From a virus (taxonomy: Duplodnaviria; Heunggongvirae; Uroviricota; Caudoviricetes), in IMG/VR virus record IMGVR_UViG_2563366929_000005: a stretch of DNA of 39,640 nucleotides; one strand, given 5' to 3'. The position numbers and the translations under genes were made by a program. The notes below the pieces were generated by a model. The model did no database searches. It had not been told where the DNA came from and saw only the letters and a list, made by a program, of their open reading frames with translations. Positions 25,721-37,001 of this stretch are shown one piece after another; the first letter of the stretch is position 1, and each line of letters starts with the position of its first letter.

Positions 25721-26425
25721 ATGTCCTCTAATTTTGAGCGTTCGCAACTGACGAAAATTATGATTTCGTCTGCACCGGTAACAGCAGAAACCCTGGATTC
25801 TGCCAGCTATCTTGGCCTGAGCTGTACAATCAAAGAGGTGCAGTTTACCGCAGGACAAAAGCAGGATATTGATGTCACCACGCTGTGTTCTGTTGAGCAG
25901 GAAAATATTAACGGCCTTGGGGCTGCTTCAGAGATTTCCATGTCAGGCAACTTTTATCTGAATGCTGCCCAGAACGCGTTGCGCAGTGCCTATGACAATG
26001 ACACCACGTATGGCTTTAAAGTTATTTTTCCGTCAGGCAACGGATTTACCTTTATGGCAGAGGTGCGTCAGCATACCTGGTCTGCAGGAACCAATGGTGT
26101 TGTGGCTGCAACGTTTTCCCTGCGTCTGAAAGGTAAACCTGTGCTGACGACAGAGCCGCTGAAAGTGAAGGTCGATTTAAAAAGCACGCTGCGGGTTTCT
26201 TCCGGAGCGAAACTTGAAATGGCGGTTGAGGCTGCGGGTGGTGTGCCGCCTTATTCTTATGCCTGGAAAAAAGGTGGTTCTCCTGTTTCCGGACAGACGG
26301 CGGCAACGTTCAGTAAGGCATCAGCAGCATCCGGTGATGCCGGTGCGTATACCTGCGAGATTTCTGATTCAGCAAGCCCTGTTAACAAGGTGACCTCCAC
26401 TTCCTGCACTGTAACCGTCAGTTAA
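25721..26425 (+). CDS. Major tail tube protein with C-terminal Ig-like domain, 234 aa
   Basis: AGGAG SD before ATG 25721; C-terminal region (VKVDLKSTLRVSSGAKLEMAVEAAGGVPPYSYAWKK...YTCEISD) has an Ig-like pattern. Confidence 0.78.
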   Translation: MSSNFERSQLTKIMISSAPVTAETLDSASYLGLSCTIKEVQFTAGQKQDIDVTTLCSVEQENINGLGAASEISMSGNFYLNAAQNALRSAYDNDTTYGFKVIFPSGNGFTFMAEVRQHTWSAGTNGVVAATFSLRLKGKPVLTTEPLKVKVDLKSTLRVSSGAKLEMAVEAAGGVPPYSYAWKKGGSPVSGQTAATFSKASAASGDAGAYTCEISDSASPVNKVTSTSCTVTVS

Positions 26426-26811
26426 TGAGGATGGATGTGATGACTAAAAATATCCGTAATCTGGCACTGGCAACGATGTCGGGGTTTCGCCATAAAACCG
26501 TTGATGTGCCTGAATGGGAGGGAGCAACGGTTGTGTTACGGGAACCTTCTGCAGAAGCCTGGTTGCGCTGGCAGGAGATCGTTAAAGCAAAAGATGATGA
26601 GACACCGTTATCCGTTGCGGAGCGCGCCCGCCGAAATCTGGAGGCAGATGTTGAACTGTTCATTGATGTTCTGTGTGATACCGGACTGCAACCCGTATTT
26701 TCAGAGGATGATCGTGAACAGGTGATTGCCGTGTATGGCCCGGTGCATGCGCGGCTTCTTCGGCAGTCTCTGGAACTGATCAGTGATGCCGGCGAGGTTA
26801 AAAAAAAGTAG
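26425..26811 (+). CDS. Tail assembly chaperone G (true start possibly ATG 26440)
   Basis: Position between tube and tape measure; ends at the slippery A-run. Confidence 0.72.
   Translation: MRMDVMTKNIRNLALATMSGFRHKTVDVPEWEGATVVLREPSAEAWLRWQEIVKAKDDETPLSVAERARRNLEADVELFIDVLCDTGLQPVFSEDDREQVIAVYGPVHARLLRQSLELISDAGEVKKK
26802..26808 (+). promoter_or_regulatory. Programmed -1 frameshift slippery heptamer (A AAA AAG) at the G/T junction
   Basis: GTT AAA AAA AAG TAG in the G frame; the -1 frame is open from 26802 into the T ORF. Confidence 0.55.
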
Positions 26812-26822
26812 CGCTTCCGGGG

Positions 26823-27113
26823 ATGCGTTTTCTGATGATGCTGGCGCTCAGGATGGGGCGCACATTGTCAGAGTTACGCCGGGAAATGTCCGCATCAGAA
26901 ATCATGATGTGGGCAGAATTTGACAGGTTCAGCCCGCTGGGTGACGAGCGGGCTGATATCCGGGCTGCCCAGATTGTTTCAGCTGTTTACGGTGCGCAGG
27001 GGGTCAAAGTGCCACTGAATGATGCGCTTCTTCAGTGGGAGCAGGAGCAGACAGAAGGCGTCTCAGATCCATTTGCCGGACTGGAAAACGCGCTTTTAAT
27101 AGTGTCTCAGTGA
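26823..27113 (+). CDS. Tail assembly protein T (expressed as a G-T fusion via -1 frameshift), 96 aa
   Basis: ORF in the -1 frame relative to G; conserved G-T arrangement. Confidence 0.68.
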   Translation: MRFLMMLALRMGRTLSELRREMSASEIMMWAEFDRFSPLGDERADIRAAQIVSAVYGAQGVKVPLNDALLQWEQEQTEGVSDPFAGLENALLIVSQ

Positions 27114-27121
27114 GTCAACAT

Positions 27122-27143
27122 AACCGCTTCGGCGGTTTTTTTT
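27122..27143 (+). terminator. Hairpin plus T-tract between T and the tape measure gene
   Basis: AACCGC-TTCG-GCGGTT followed by TTTTTTTT. Confidence 0.4.
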
Positions 27144-27153
27144 CGTCCGGAGA

Positions 27154-30100
27154 ATGAGTGTGGCGACATTACGTGAACTGATTATTAAAATCTCGGCAAA
27201 TTCCCGGTCATTCCAGTCAGAGATCTCCCGGGCTTCGCGTATGGGGCAGGATTACTACCGTACCATGCAGAACGGAGGCCGACAGTCCGCTGCTGCATCC
27301 CGTGAAATGCGGCGTGCACTGGCAGAAGTGACGGATCAGATAAATACAGCTAAATCTTCGGCACTGAACATGGCGGGGGCATTTGCCGGGGCTTTTGCTA
27401 CCGGTCATCTTATTTCTCTCGCCGATGAGTGGAATTCAGTAAATGCCCGTCTGAAGCAGGCCTCACAGTCCAGTGATGATTTTCAGTCATCACAGCGTGA
27501 ATTAATGGCGATCAGCCAGAGAACGGGGACGGCTTTTTCTGATAACGCCAGCCTTTTTGCCCGCTCTGCAGCTTCCATGCGGGAGTATGGTTACAGTTCT
27601 GAGGAGGTACTGAAAGTCACCGAGGCGATCTCCACGGGCCTGAAATTATCCGGTGCCAGTACAGCAGAAGCCAGTTCGGTGATCACGCAGTTCAGTCAGG
27701 CTCTGGCGCAGGGAGTGCTGCGCGGTGAAGAGTTTAACTCGGTGAATGAGAACGGCGATCGTGTTATTCGTGCTCTGGCTGCGGGAATGGGAGTTGCCCG
27801 TAAGGATCTGAAGGCCATGGCGGATAACGGAAAGTTGACCGCCGATAAGGTTGTTCCTGCACTGATTAGTCAGCTTGGGGCATTACGTGATGAATATGCG
27901 GCAATGCCTGATACGGTTTCATCCTCTGCAACCAAAGTTGAAAACGCCTTTATGGCCTGGGTTGGTGGTGCGAACGAGGCAAGCGGAGTGACGAAGACGC
28001 TCTCCGGTGTGCTGAATGGTATTGCAGGCAATATTGACACCGTGGCAACCGCTGCCGGTGCTCTGGTTGCCGTCGGGGTAGCCCGATATTTTGGCAATAT
28101 GGCGTCGTCTGCTGGATCTGCAACTGCCGGATTAATTACTGCAGCCAGAAACGAAGTGGCTCTTGCTGAAGTGCAACTTCGGGGGACACAGATAGCAACC
28201 GCCAGGGCGCGTGCGGCGGTTTATCGTGCGCAACAGGCGGTTGTTGCTGCTCGCGGTACCGAAAGGCAGGCCGCAGCAGAAGCGAAGCTGACAGCTGCCC
28301 AGGTGTCACTTACCCGTAATATTGCGGCCAGAACAGCGGCACAGACAACGCTGAATAATGTTACGTCAGTGGGGAGTCGTTTATTAAGTGGCGCGCTGGG
28401 GCTGGTTGGTGGTGTGCCGGGACTCGTCATGCTGGGGGCTGCGGCCTGGTACACGATGTATCAGAATCAGGAGCAGGCCAGAGAATCTGCACGCCAGTAT
28501 GCCGCAACAATCGACGAAATTCGCCAGAAAACGTCGGCAATGTCGCTTCCTGAAGCGTCAGATAATGAGGAAAAGACGCGACAGGCACTGAAGGAGCAAA
28601 ACAGGTTAATTGACGAGCAGAAAAGTAAGATTAAATCCTTACAGGAAAAAATTGCTGGCTATCAGTATGTGCTGGCAAACCCGGGCTGGACAACCGATAA
28701 CGGTTTTATGATTAACCACATGACGTCGGTAAAAACTGTCACAGAAGGGCTTGCAGAAGCAACAAATCAACTGGCAGTTGAACAGTCTCGCCTCACTCAA
28801 ATGCAGGGCAAAGCGCAATCCATTCAGGATGTGCTTGCCGGGCTGGAGGAGCGACGGGTGGCGTTGATCCGTCAACAGGCAGCGGAACAAAACAAAGCGT
28901 ATCAGTCCCTGTTGATCATGAATGGGCAGCATACCGAGTTTAATCGCCTTCTCGGGCTCGGTAATGAATTACTTCAGCAGCGACAGGGGCTGGTGAATGT
29001 ACCGTTACGGCTACCACAGGCAACCCTGGATGATAAACAGCAGACCGCACTGAATAACAGCGAGCGCGAACTGGCTCTGTCCCGCCTGAAGGGGGAAGCT
29101 CGTGAGCGTGCCCGCCTGGGTTATGCTGCGGATGATCTCGGCTTTGTGGGAGAGGCGTATCAGACAGCAAGACTGAATTATATAAATAACTCACTGGATG
29201 CATGGCGAAATAACCAGGCAAATAAACCCAAAGCGCATAAAAAGACCGAAGCGGAAAAAACAGAGGATATTTATAAACGGCTGATTAAACAGCAAAAAGA
29301 ACAGATAGCACTGGCAGGGCAGAATACTGAACTGGCTAAGATGAAATATCAGGTCAGTCAGGGCGAATTATCAACCCTGTCAGAAGCGCAGAAAAAAACG
29401 CTTTTGCAGAATGCAGCACTTATCGACCAGAAAAAGATTCGTGAGCAGCTTGCTGCGTATGAGAGCAGTCTGGCGGACAGTAATGCCAGTGTCAGAGCAT
29501 CAAATGAGGCTCAGTTACTGGGATATGGTGAAGGCTCACGGATGCGTGAACGACTTCAGGAAATGTGGAGCATCCGGCAGGAGTTTGAGCAGAAAAATAA
29601 CGAGCTACTGAGACAGTATCAGGCCGGAGAAATTGAAGAAGCCCTGTGGAAACAGGAGAAAGAGCTGAATAAAAAATATCTGGAAGAGCGTCTCAGCGAT
29701 CAGCAGGATTATTATGCAAAGGCTGATGCTTTACGCAGTAACTGGAATGCCGGGCTCAAAGAGGGGCTGACGAACTGGGCAGACAGTGCCACCGATTATG
29801 CTTCGCAGGCGGCAGATGCTGTCGTTTCCACGATGGACGGGCTGGTATCAAATATTTCCGATGCACTGGCCGGGAATGTTGTGGACTGGAGGAACTGGGG
29901 GAGTTCAGTTCTCCGGGAAGTTTCAAAAATTCTGATGAATGCAGCCATTGTTAACGGACTGAAATCACTCTCCGGTGCCGGAGGGTGGCTTGGTACGGTC
30001 GGCGGATGGATTTCGGGGGCAGTGGCAAACGCAAAAGGTGGTGTTTACACATCGGCAAATCTGAGTGCGTACAGCAACAGCATTGTGGACACGCCCACGT

Positions 30101-30387
30101 ACTTTGCGTTTGCAAAAGGGGCCGGGCTGATGGGGGAAGCCGGACCTGAAGCCATTATGCCCCTGACCCGGGCGGCGGATGGCTCGCTGGGCGTACGCGC
30201 GGTGGGCAGTATGAACGGCAGTGCCGGTCTGGTGTATTCCCCGGTCTACCACATCGCCATTCAGAATGACGGGGCTAACGGACAGATAGGGCCGGAGGCG
30301 GCAGGCAGTCTTGTGCAGCTGATTGACCAGCGGGTGCAGGCGGTGATGCTGTCCATGCGACGTGACGGAGGAATGCTGAGTGGCTGA
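27154..30387 (+). CDS. Tail tape measure protein, 1077 aa
   Basis: Very long, Ala/Gln-rich coiled-coil-like protein in the canonical position. Confidence 0.9.
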   Translation: MSVATLRELIIKISANSRSFQSEISRASRMGQDYYRTMQNGGRQSAAASREMRRALAEVTDQINTAKSSALNMAGAFAGAFATGHLISLADEWNSVNARLKQASQSSDDFQSSQRELMAISQRTGTAFSDNASLFARSAASMREYGYSSEEVLKVTEAISTGLKLSGASTAEASSVITQFSQALAQGVLRGEEFNSVNENGDRVIRALAAGMGVARKDLKAMADNGKLTADKVVPALISQLGALRDEYAAMPDTVSSSATKVENAFMAWVGGANEASGVTKTLSGVLNGIAGNIDTVATAAGALVAVGVARYFGNMASSAGSATAGLITAARNEVALAEVQLRGTQIATARARAAVYRAQQAVVAARGTERQAAAEAKLTAAQVSLTRNIAARTAAQTTLNNVTSVGSRLLSGALGLVGGVPGLVMLGAAAWYTMYQNQEQARESARQYAATIDEIRQKTSAMSLPEASDNEEKTRQALKEQNRLIDEQKSKIKSLQEKIAGYQYVLANPGWTTDNGFMINHMTSVKTVTEGLAEATNQLAVEQSRLTQMQGKAQSIQDVLAGLEERRVALIRQQAAEQNKAYQSLLIMNGQHTEFNRLLGLGNELLQQRQGLVNVPLRLPQATLDDKQQTALNNSERELALSRLKGEARERARLGYAADDLGFVGEAYQTARLNYINNSLDAWRNNQANKPKAHKKTEAEKTEDIYKRLIKQQKEQIALAGQNTELAKMKYQVSQGELSTLSEAQKKTLLQNAALIDQKKIREQLAAYESSLADSNASVRASNEAQLLGYGEGSRMRERLQEMWSIRQEFEQKNNELLRQYQAGEIEEALWKQEKELNKKYLEERLSDQQDYYAKADALRSNWNAGLKEGLTNWADSATDYASQAADAVVSTMDGLVSNISDALAGNVVDWRNWGSSVLREVSKILMNAAIVNGLKSLSGAGGWLGTVGGWISGAVANAKGGVYTSANLSAYSNSIVDTPTYFAFAKGAGLMGEAGPEAIMPLTRAADGSLGVRAVGSMNGSAGLVYSPVYHIAIQNDGANGQIGPEAAGSLVQLIDQRVQAVMLSMRRDGGMLSG

Positions 30388-30721
30388 GATAAAAACGCTG
30401 CATCTGGTCCCGCGTGAAGGGATGCAGGTGAGTGAGAAACCGTCGGTGGTGAGGGTTCGGTTTGGTGACGGTTATGAACAGCGCCGCCCCACAGGACTGA
30501 ATCCTCAACTGAAGACGTTTCAGGCGGTGTTCCGGGTGACGGATGAGTCAACCCGGCGCTGGCTGGATGAATTTTTATCCTGGCATGGTGGTTACCGTGC
30601 CTTTTTGTGGCGACCGCCGAAACATAACCGGACGGTGAGGGTGGTGTGTCGGGAGTGGAGCGTCACGGATAACGCCCGGTACAGTGATTTCAGCTGTACG
30701 ATTGAGCAGGTGGTGAACTGA
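30380..30721 (+). CDS. M: Minor tail protein M, 113 aa (GTG start)
   Basis: GGAGGA SD 8 nt before GTG 30380; lambda-like order M-L-K-I-J. Confidence 0.8.
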   Translation: MAEIKTLHLVPREGMQVSEKPSVVRVRFGDGYEQRRPTGLNPQLKTFQAVFRVTDESTRRWLDEFLSWHGGYRAFLWRPPKHNRTVRVVCREWSVTDNARYSDFSCTIEQVVN

Positions 30722-31419
30722 TGCAGGATATCCGACAGGAAACACTGAATGAATGCACCCGTGCGGAGCAGTCTGCCAGCGTGGTGCTCTGGGAAATCGA
30801 TCTGACAGAGGTTGGTGGAGAACGTTATTTTTTCTGTAATGAGCAGAACGAAAAAGGTGAGCCGGTCACCTGGCAGGGGCGACAGTATCAGGCATATCCC
30901 ATTCAGGGGAGTGGTTTCGAACTGAATGGCAAAGGCACCAGTACGCGCCCCACGCTGACGGTTTCTAACCTGTACGGCATGGTCACCGGGATGGCGGAAG
31001 ATCTGCAGAGTCTGGTCGGCGGAACGGTGGTCCGGCGTAAGGTTTACGCCCGTTTTCTGGATGCGGTGAACTTCGTCAACGGAAACAGTGACGCCGATCC
31101 GGAGCAGGAGGTGATCAGCCGCTGGCGCATCGAGCAGTGCAGCGAACTGAGCGCGGTGAGTGCCTCCTTTGTACTGTCCACGCCGACTGAAACGGATGGC
31201 GCTGTTTTTCCGGGACGTATCATGCTGGCCAACACCTGCACCTGGACCTATCGCGGCGATGAGTGCGGTTATCGCGGTCCGGCGGTCGCGGATGAATATG
31301 ACCAGCCGACGTCCGATATCACGAAGGATAAATGCAGCAAATGCCTGAGCGGCTGTAAGTTTCGCAATAACGTCGGCAACTTTGGCGGCTTCCTTTCTAT
31401 TAACAAACTTTCGCAGTAA
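30721..31419 (+). CDS. L: Minor tail protein L, 232 aa
   Basis: TGATG overlap with M; size matches lambda gpL; Cys cluster near the C-terminus. Confidence 0.82.
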   Translation: MQDIRQETLNECTRAEQSASVVLWEIDLTEVGGERYFFCNEQNEKGEPVTWQGRQYQAYPIQGSGFELNGKGTSTRPTLTVSNLYGMVTGMAEDLQSLVGGTVVRRKVYARFLDAVNFVNGNSDADPEQEVISRWRIEQCSELSAVSASFVLSTPTETDGAVFPGRIMLANTCTWTYRGDECGYRGPAVADEYDQPTSDITKDKCSKCLSGCKFRNNVGNFGGFLSINKLSQ

Positions 31420-31423
31420 TCCC

Positions 31424-32167
31424 ATGACAGAGACAGAATCAGCGATTCTGGCGCACGCCCGGCGATGTGCGCCAGCGGAGTCGTGCGGCTTCGTAGTGAG
31501 AACGCCGGAGGGGGAAAGATATTTTCCCTGCGTGAATATCTCCGGTGAGCCGGAGGCGTATTTCCGGATGGCTCCGGAGGACTGGCTGCAGGCAGAGATG
31601 CAGGGTGAGATTGTGGCGCTGGTCCACAGCCACCCCGGTGGTCTGCCCTGGCTGAGTGAGGCCGACCGGCGGCTGCAGGTGCAGAGTGATTTGCCGTGGT
31701 GGCTGGTCTGCCGGGGGGCGATTCATAAGTTCCGCTGTGTGCCGCATCTCACCGGGCGGCGCTTTGAGCACGGGGTGACGGACTGTTACACGCTGTTCCG
31801 GGATGCTTATCATCTGGCGGGGATTGAGATGCCGGATTTTCATCGCGAGGATGACTGGTGGCGTCACGGTCAGAATCTCTATCTGGATAATCTGGAGGCC
31901 ACAGGGCTGTATCAGGTGCCGTTGTCATCAGCACAACCGGGCGATGTGCTGCTGTGCTGTTTTGGTTCATCGGTGCCGAATCATGCCGCCATTTACTGTG
32001 GTGATGGCGAGCTGCTGCACCATATTCCTGAACAACTGAGCAAACGAGAGAGGTATACCGACAAATGGCAGCGACGCACACACTCCCTCTGGCGTCACCG
32101 GGCATGGCACGCATCTGCCTTTACGGGGATTTGCAACGATTTGGCCGCCGCATCGACCTTCGTGTGA
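31424..32167 (+). CDS. K: Tail assembly protein K (JAB/MPN plus NlpC/P60-like), 247 aa
   Basis: ATG 31424 (MTETES...); HSHP motif (JAB) and a downstream Cys/His pattern. Confidence 0.82.
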   Translation: MTETESAILAHARRCAPAESCGFVVRTPEGERYFPCVNISGEPEAYFRMAPEDWLQAEMQGEIVALVHSHPGGLPWLSEADRRLQVQSDLPWWLVCRGAIHKFRCVPHLTGRRFEHGVTDCYTLFRDAYHLAGIEMPDFHREDDWWRHGQNLYLDNLEATGLYQVPLSSAQPGDVLLCCFGSSVPNHAAIYCGDGELLHHIPEQLSKRERYTDKWQRRTHSLWRHRAWHASAFTGICNDLAAASTFV

Positions 32168-32736
32168 AAACGGGGGCCGAAGCCATCCGGGCGCTGGCCA
32201 CACAGCTCCCGGCGTTTCGTCAGAAACTGAGCGACGGCTGGTATCAGGTGCGTATTGCCGGGCAGGATGTCAGCACGTCCGGATTAACGGCGCAGTTACA
32301 TGAGGCTCTGCCTGACGGCGCTGTGATTCATATTGTTCCCAGAGTCGCCGGGGCCAAGTCAGGTGGTGTATTCCAGATTGTCCTGGGAGCAGCCGCCATT
32401 GCCGGATCATTCTTTACTGCCGGAGCCACCCTTGCAGCATGGGGGGCAGCCATTGGGGCCGGTGGTATGACCGGCATCCTGTTTTCTCTCGGTGCCAGTA
32501 TGGTGCTCGGTGGTGTGGCGCAGATGCTGGCACCGAAAGCCAGAACTCCCCGTACACAGACAACGGATAACGGTAAGCAGAACACCTATTTCTCCTCACT
32601 GGATAACATGGTTGCCCAGGGCAATGTTATGCCTGTTTTGTATGGTGAAATGCGCGTGGGGTCACGTGTGGTATCTCAGGAGATCAGCACGGCAGACGAA
32701 GGGGACGGTGGTCAGGTTGTGGTGATTGGTCGATGA
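32065..32736 (+). CDS. I: Tail assembly protein I, 223 aa
   Basis: N-terminus MAATHTLPLASPG... and length match lambda gpI from memory; overlaps K by about 100 nt. Confidence 0.78.
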   Translation: MAATHTLPLASPGMARICLYGDLQRFGRRIDLRVKTGAEAIRALATQLPAFRQKLSDGWYQVRIAGQDVSTSGLTAQLHEALPDGAVIHIVPRVAGAKSGGVFQIVLGAAAIAGSFFTAGATLAAWGAAIGAGGMTGILFSLGASMVLGGVAQMLAPKARTPRTQTTDNGKQNTYFSSLDNMVAQGNVMPVLYGEMRVGSRVVSQEISTADEGDGGQVVVIGR

Positions 32737-32796
32737 TGCAAAATATTTTATGTGAAACCGCCTGCAGGCGGTTTTGTCGTTTATGGAGCATGACGA

Positions 32797-35700
32797 ATGG
32801 GTAAAGGCAGCAGTAAGGGGCATACCCCGCGCGAAGCGAAGGACAACCTGAAATCTACGCAGTTGCTGAGTGTGATTGATGCCATCAGTGAAGGGCCGAT
32901 TGAAGGTCCGGTGGATGGATTAAAAAGCGTGCTGCTGAACAGTACGCCGGTGCTGGACACTGAGGGGAATACCAACATCTCCGGTGTCACGGTGGTGTTC
33001 CGGGCAGGTGAGCAGGAGCAGACTCCGCCGGAGGGATTTGAATCCTCCGGCTCCGAGACGGTGCTGGGTACGGAAGTGAAATATGACACGCCGATCACCC
33101 GGGCCATCACGTCGGCAAACATTGACCGACTGCGTTTTACCTTCGGCGTGCAGGCACTGGTGGAAACCACCTCAAAGGGGGACAGGAATCCGTCGGAAGT
33201 CCGCCTGCTGGTTCAGATACAACGTAACGGTGGCTGGGTGACGGAAAAAGACATCACCATTAAAGGCAAAACCACCTCACAGTATCTGGCCTCGGTGGTG
33301 GTGGGTAACCTGCCGCCGCGCCCGTTTAATATCCGGATGCGCAGGATGACGCCGGACAGCACCACAGACCAGTTGCAGAACAAAACGCTCTGGTCGTCAT
33401 ACACCGAAATCATCGATGTGAAACAGTGCTACCCGAACACGGCACTGGTCGGCGTGCAGGTGGACTCGGAGCAGTTCGGCAGCCAGCAGGTGAGCCGTAA
33501 TTATCATCTTCGCGGGCGCATTCTGCAGGTGCCGTCGAACTATAACCCGCAGACGCGGCAATACAGCGGTATCTGGGACGGAACGTTTAAGCCAGCATAC
33601 AGCAACAACATGGCATGGTGTCTGTGGGATATGCTGACCCACCCGCGCTACGGCATGGGGAAACGTCTTGGTGCGGCGGATGTGGATAAATGGGCGCTGT
33701 ATGTCATCGGCCAGTATTGCGACCAGTCGGTGCCGGACGGTTTTGGCGGTACGGAGCCGCGCATCACCTGTAATGCGTACCTGACCACACAGCGTAAGGC
33801 GTGGGATGTGCTCAGTGATTTCTGCTCGGCGATGCGCTGTATGCCGGTATGGAACGGGCAGACGCTGACGTTCGTGCAGGACCGACCATCAGATAAGGTG
33901 TGGACCTATAACCGCAGTAATGTGGTGATGCCGGATGATGGCGCGCCGTTCCGCTACAGCTTCAGCGCCCTGAAGGACCGTCATAATGCCGTTGAGGTGA
34001 ACTGGATTGATCCGGATAACGGCTGGGAGACGGCGACAGAGCTTGTGGAGGACACGCGGGCCATTGCCCGTTACGGTCGTAACGTCACGAAGATGGATGC
34101 TTTTGGCTGTACCAGCCGGGGGCAGGCACACCGCGCCGGGCTGTGGCTGATTAAAACAGAACTGCTGGAAACGCAGACCGTGGACTTCAGCGTGGGCGCA
34201 GAAGGGCTTCGCCATGTACCGGGGGATGTCATTGAAATCTGCGATGATGACTATGCGGGTATCAGCATCGGCGGGCGCGTGCTGGCGGTGAACAGCCAGA
34301 CCCGGACGCTGACGCTCGACCGTGAAATCACGCTGCCATCCTCCGGTACCACGCTGATAAGCCTGGTTGACGGAAGTGGTAATCCGGTCAGCGTGGAGGT
34401 CCAGTCCGTCACCGACGGCGTGAAGGTAAAAGTGAGCCGTGTTCCTGACGGCGTTGCCGGATACAGCGTGTGGGGGCTGAAGCTGCCGACGCTGCGCCAG
34501 CGCCTGTTCCGCTGCGTGAGTATCCGTGAGAACGATGACGGCACGTATGCCATCACCGCCGTGCAGCATGTACCGGAAAAAGAAGCCATCGTGGATAACG
34601 GGGCGCACTTTGACGGTGACCAGAGCGGCACGGTGAATGGTGTCACGCCGCCAGCAGTGCAGCATCTGACCGCCGAAGTCACTGCAGACAGCGGGGAATA
34701 TCAGGTGCTGGCGCGCTGGGACACGCCGAAGGTGGTGAAGGGCGTGAGCTTCCTGCTTCGCCTGACCGTGGCAGCGGACGATGGCAGTGAGCGGCTGGTC
34801 AGCACGGCCAGGACGACGGAAACCACATACCGCTTCACACAACTGGCTCTGGGGAACTACAGGCTGACAGTCCGGGCGGTAAATGCGTGGGGACAGCAGG
34901 GCGATCCGGCGTCGGTATCGTTCCGGATTGCCGCACCGGCAGCGCCATCGCGGATTGAGCTGACGCCTGGCTATTTTCAGATAACCGCCACGCCGCATCT
35001 TGCGGTTTATGATCCGACTGTACAGTTTGAGTTCTGGTTCTCGGAAAAGCGGATTGCGGATATCAGGCAGGTTGAAACCGCAGCCCGCTATCTTGGCTCG
35101 GCGCTGTACTGGATAGCTGCCAGTATCAATATCAAACCGGGCCATGATTATTATTTTTATATCCGCAGTGTGAATACTGTTGGCAAATCGGCATTTGTGG
35201 AGGCTGTTGGCCAGCCGAGTGATGATGCATCCGGCTATCTGGATTTTTTCAAAGGAGAGATAGGGAAAACCCATCTGGCTCAGGAGTTGTGGACGCAGAT
35301 TGATAACGGTCAGCTTGCGCCTGATCTGGCTGAAATCAGGACGTCCATTACGAATGTCAGCAATGAAATCACGCAGACCGTCAATAAAAAACTGGAAAAT
35401 CAGAGCGCGGCAATCCAGCAGATACAGAAAGTTCAGGTTGATACAAATAATAACCTGAACAGCATGTGGGCCGTGAAACTGCAGCAGATGAAGGACGGAC
35501 GCCTTTATATTGCGGGTATCGGAGCCGGTATTGAGAATACGCCAGCAGGTATGCAGAGTCAGGTGCTTCTGGCTGCTGACCGGATTGCGATGATTAATCC
35601 TGCGAATGGCAACACAAAGCCGATGTTTGTTGGTCAGGGCGATCAGATATTCATGAACGAAGTGTTCCTGAAATACCTGACGGCTCCCACCATTACCAGC

Positions 35701-36276
35701 GGCGGTAATCCTCCGGCATTTTCCCTGACACCGGACGGGCGGCTGACGGCGAAAAATGCCGATATCAGCGGTAACGTGAATGCGAACTCCGGGACGCTCA
35801 ATAATGTCACCATTAACAAGAACTGTGTCATCAGAGGGAAACTGTCTGCAAACCAGATTGAAGGCGATCTCGTTAAAACAGTGGGTAAGGCTTTCCCCCG
35901 TGACTCCCGTGCACCGAAGCGTTGGCCATCAGGAACCATTACCGTCAGGGTTTATGACGATCAGCCGTTTAACCGGCAGATTGTTATTCCGGCGGTGGCT
36001 TTCAGCGGTGCCAGACATGAGCGGGAGAACAGCGATACTTATTCGTCATGCCGCCTGATAGTGAAGAAAAATGGTGCTGAAATTTATAACCGTACCGCGA
36101 TGGATAATACGCTGGTTTACAGTGGTGTTATTGATATGCCTGCTGGTCGCGGCGACATGACGCTGGAGTTTTCTGTATCAGCATGGTGGGTAAATGGCTG
36201 GTACCCCACAGCAAGTATCAGCGATTTGCTGGTTGTTGTGATGAAGAAAGCCACTGCAGGCATCACGATTAGCTGA
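32797..36276 (+). CDS. J: Central tail fibre / host specificity protein J, 1159 aa
   Basis: Size, position and lambda-J-like domain order. Confidence 0.9.
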   Translation: MGKGSSKGHTPREAKDNLKSTQLLSVIDAISEGPIEGPVDGLKSVLLNSTPVLDTEGNTNISGVTVVFRAGEQEQTPPEGFESSGSETVLGTEVKYDTPITRAITSANIDRLRFTFGVQALVETTSKGDRNPSEVRLLVQIQRNGGWVTEKDITIKGKTTSQYLASVVVGNLPPRPFNIRMRRMTPDSTTDQLQNKTLWSSYTEIIDVKQCYPNTALVGVQVDSEQFGSQQVSRNYHLRGRILQVPSNYNPQTRQYSGIWDGTFKPAYSNNMAWCLWDMLTHPRYGMGKRLGAADVDKWALYVIGQYCDQSVPDGFGGTEPRITCNAYLTTQRKAWDVLSDFCSAMRCMPVWNGQTLTFVQDRPSDKVWTYNRSNVVMPDDGAPFRYSFSALKDRHNAVEVNWIDPDNGWETATELVEDTRAIARYGRNVTKMDAFGCTSRGQAHRAGLWLIKTELLETQTVDFSVGAEGLRHVPGDVIEICDDDYAGISIGGRVLAVNSQTRTLTLDREITLPSSGTTLISLVDGSGNPVSVEVQSVTDGVKVKVSRVPDGVAGYSVWGLKLPTLRQRLFRCVSIRENDDGTYAITAVQHVPEKEAIVDNGAHFDGDQSGTVNGVTPPAVQHLTAEVTADSGEYQVLARWDTPKVVKGVSFLLRLTVAADDGSERLVSTARTTETTYRFTQLALGNYRLTVRAVNAWGQQGDPASVSFRIAAPAAPSRIELTPGYFQITATPHLAVYDPTVQFEFWFSEKRIADIRQVETAARYLGSALYWIAASINIKPGHDYYFYIRSVNTVGKSAFVEAVGQPSDDASGYLDFFKGEIGKTHLAQELWTQIDNGQLAPDLAEIRTSITNVSNEITQTVNKKLENQSAAIQQIQKVQVDTNNNLNSMWAVKLQQMKDGRLYIAGIGAGIENTPAGMQSQVLLAADRIAMINPANGNTKPMFVGQGDQIFMNEVFLKYLTAPTITSGGNPPAFSLTPDGRLTAKNADISGNVNANSGTLNNVTINKNCVIRGKLSANQIEGDLVKTVGKAFPRDSRAPKRWPSGTITVRVYDDQPFNRQIVIPAVAFSGARHERENSDTYSSCRLIVKKNGAEIYNRTAMDNTLVYSGVIDMPAGRGDMTLEFSVSAWWVNGWYPTASISDLLVVVMKKATAGITIS

Positions 36277-36294
36277 ATTTTATAACCCATATAC

Positions 36295-36319
36295 GGGCGC
36301 CAGAAATGGCGCCTTTTTT
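36295..36319 (+). terminator. Hairpin plus T-tract after J
   Basis: GGGCGCC-AGAAAT-GGCGCC followed by TTTTTT. Confidence 0.5.
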
Positions 36320-36343
36320 ATTGCAGAAAAGCGAGAGGTAATT

Positions 36344-36943
36344 ATGCGTAAATTATGTGCAGCCATTTTGTCCGCAGCCATCTGTCTGTCCGTATCCGGT
36401 GCGCCTGCATGGGCGTCTGAACATCAGTCCACACTGAGCGCGGGGTATCTTCATGCCCGTACGAACGCTCCCGGCAGCGATAATCTGAACGGGATTAACG
36501 TGAAATACCGTTATGAGTTTACGGACGCGCTGGGGCTGATTACGTCCTTCAGTTATGCCAATGCTGAGGATGAGCAAAAAACGCACTACAGCGATACCCG
36601 CTGGCATGAAGATTCCGTGCGTAACCGCTGGTTCAGCGTGATGGCGGGGCCGTCTGTACGCGTGAATGAATGGTTCAGCGCGTATGCGATGGTGGGTGTG
36701 GCTTACAGCCGTGTGTCGACTTTCTCCGGGGATTATCTCCGCGTAACTGACAACAAGGGGAAAACGCACGATGTGCTGACCGGAAGTGATGACGGTCGCC
36801 ACAGCAACACCTCTCTGGCGTGGGGGGCTGGCGTGCAGTTTAACCCGACCGAATCCGTGGCCATTGATATTGCTTATGAAGGCTCCGGCAGTGGCGACTG
36901 GCGCACTGACGGTTTCATCGTGGGTGTCGGTTATAAGTTCTGA
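36344..36943 (+). CDS. lom: Lom-like outer-membrane protein (Ail/Lom/OmpX family), 199 aa
   Basis: Signal peptide, alternating beta-strand pattern, C-terminal ...GVGYKF; canonical lambda position after J. Confidence 0.85.
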   Translation: MRKLCAAILSAAICLSVSGAPAWASEHQSTLSAGYLHARTNAPGSDNLNGINVKYRYEFTDALGLITSFSYANAEDEQKTHYSDTRWHEDSVRNRWFSVMAGPSVRVNEWFSAYAMVGVAYSRVSTFSGDYLRVTDNKGKTHDVLTGSDDGRHSNTSLAWGAGVQFNPTESVAIDIAYEGSGSGDWRTDGFIVGVGYKF

Positions 36944-36970
36944 TTAGCCAGGTAACACAGTGTTATGACA

Positions 36971-36996
36971 GCCCGCCGGTTCAGGCGGGCTTTTTT
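36971..36996 (+). terminator. Intrinsic terminator after lom
   Basis: GCCCGCC-GGTTCAG-GCGGGC followed by TTTTTT. Confidence 0.6.
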
Positions 36997-37001
36997 GTGG
37001 A

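Noticed and set aside
30592-31425. 277-aa minus-strand ORF across M/L
   Set aside because: Antisense to the conserved tail genes M and L; no SD; Arg-rich composition.
33889-35274. 461-aa minus-strand ORF inside the J gene
   Set aside because: Entirely antisense to a clearly coding, lambda-like J gene; Arg/Pro/His-rich composition typical of a GC-rich antisense frame.
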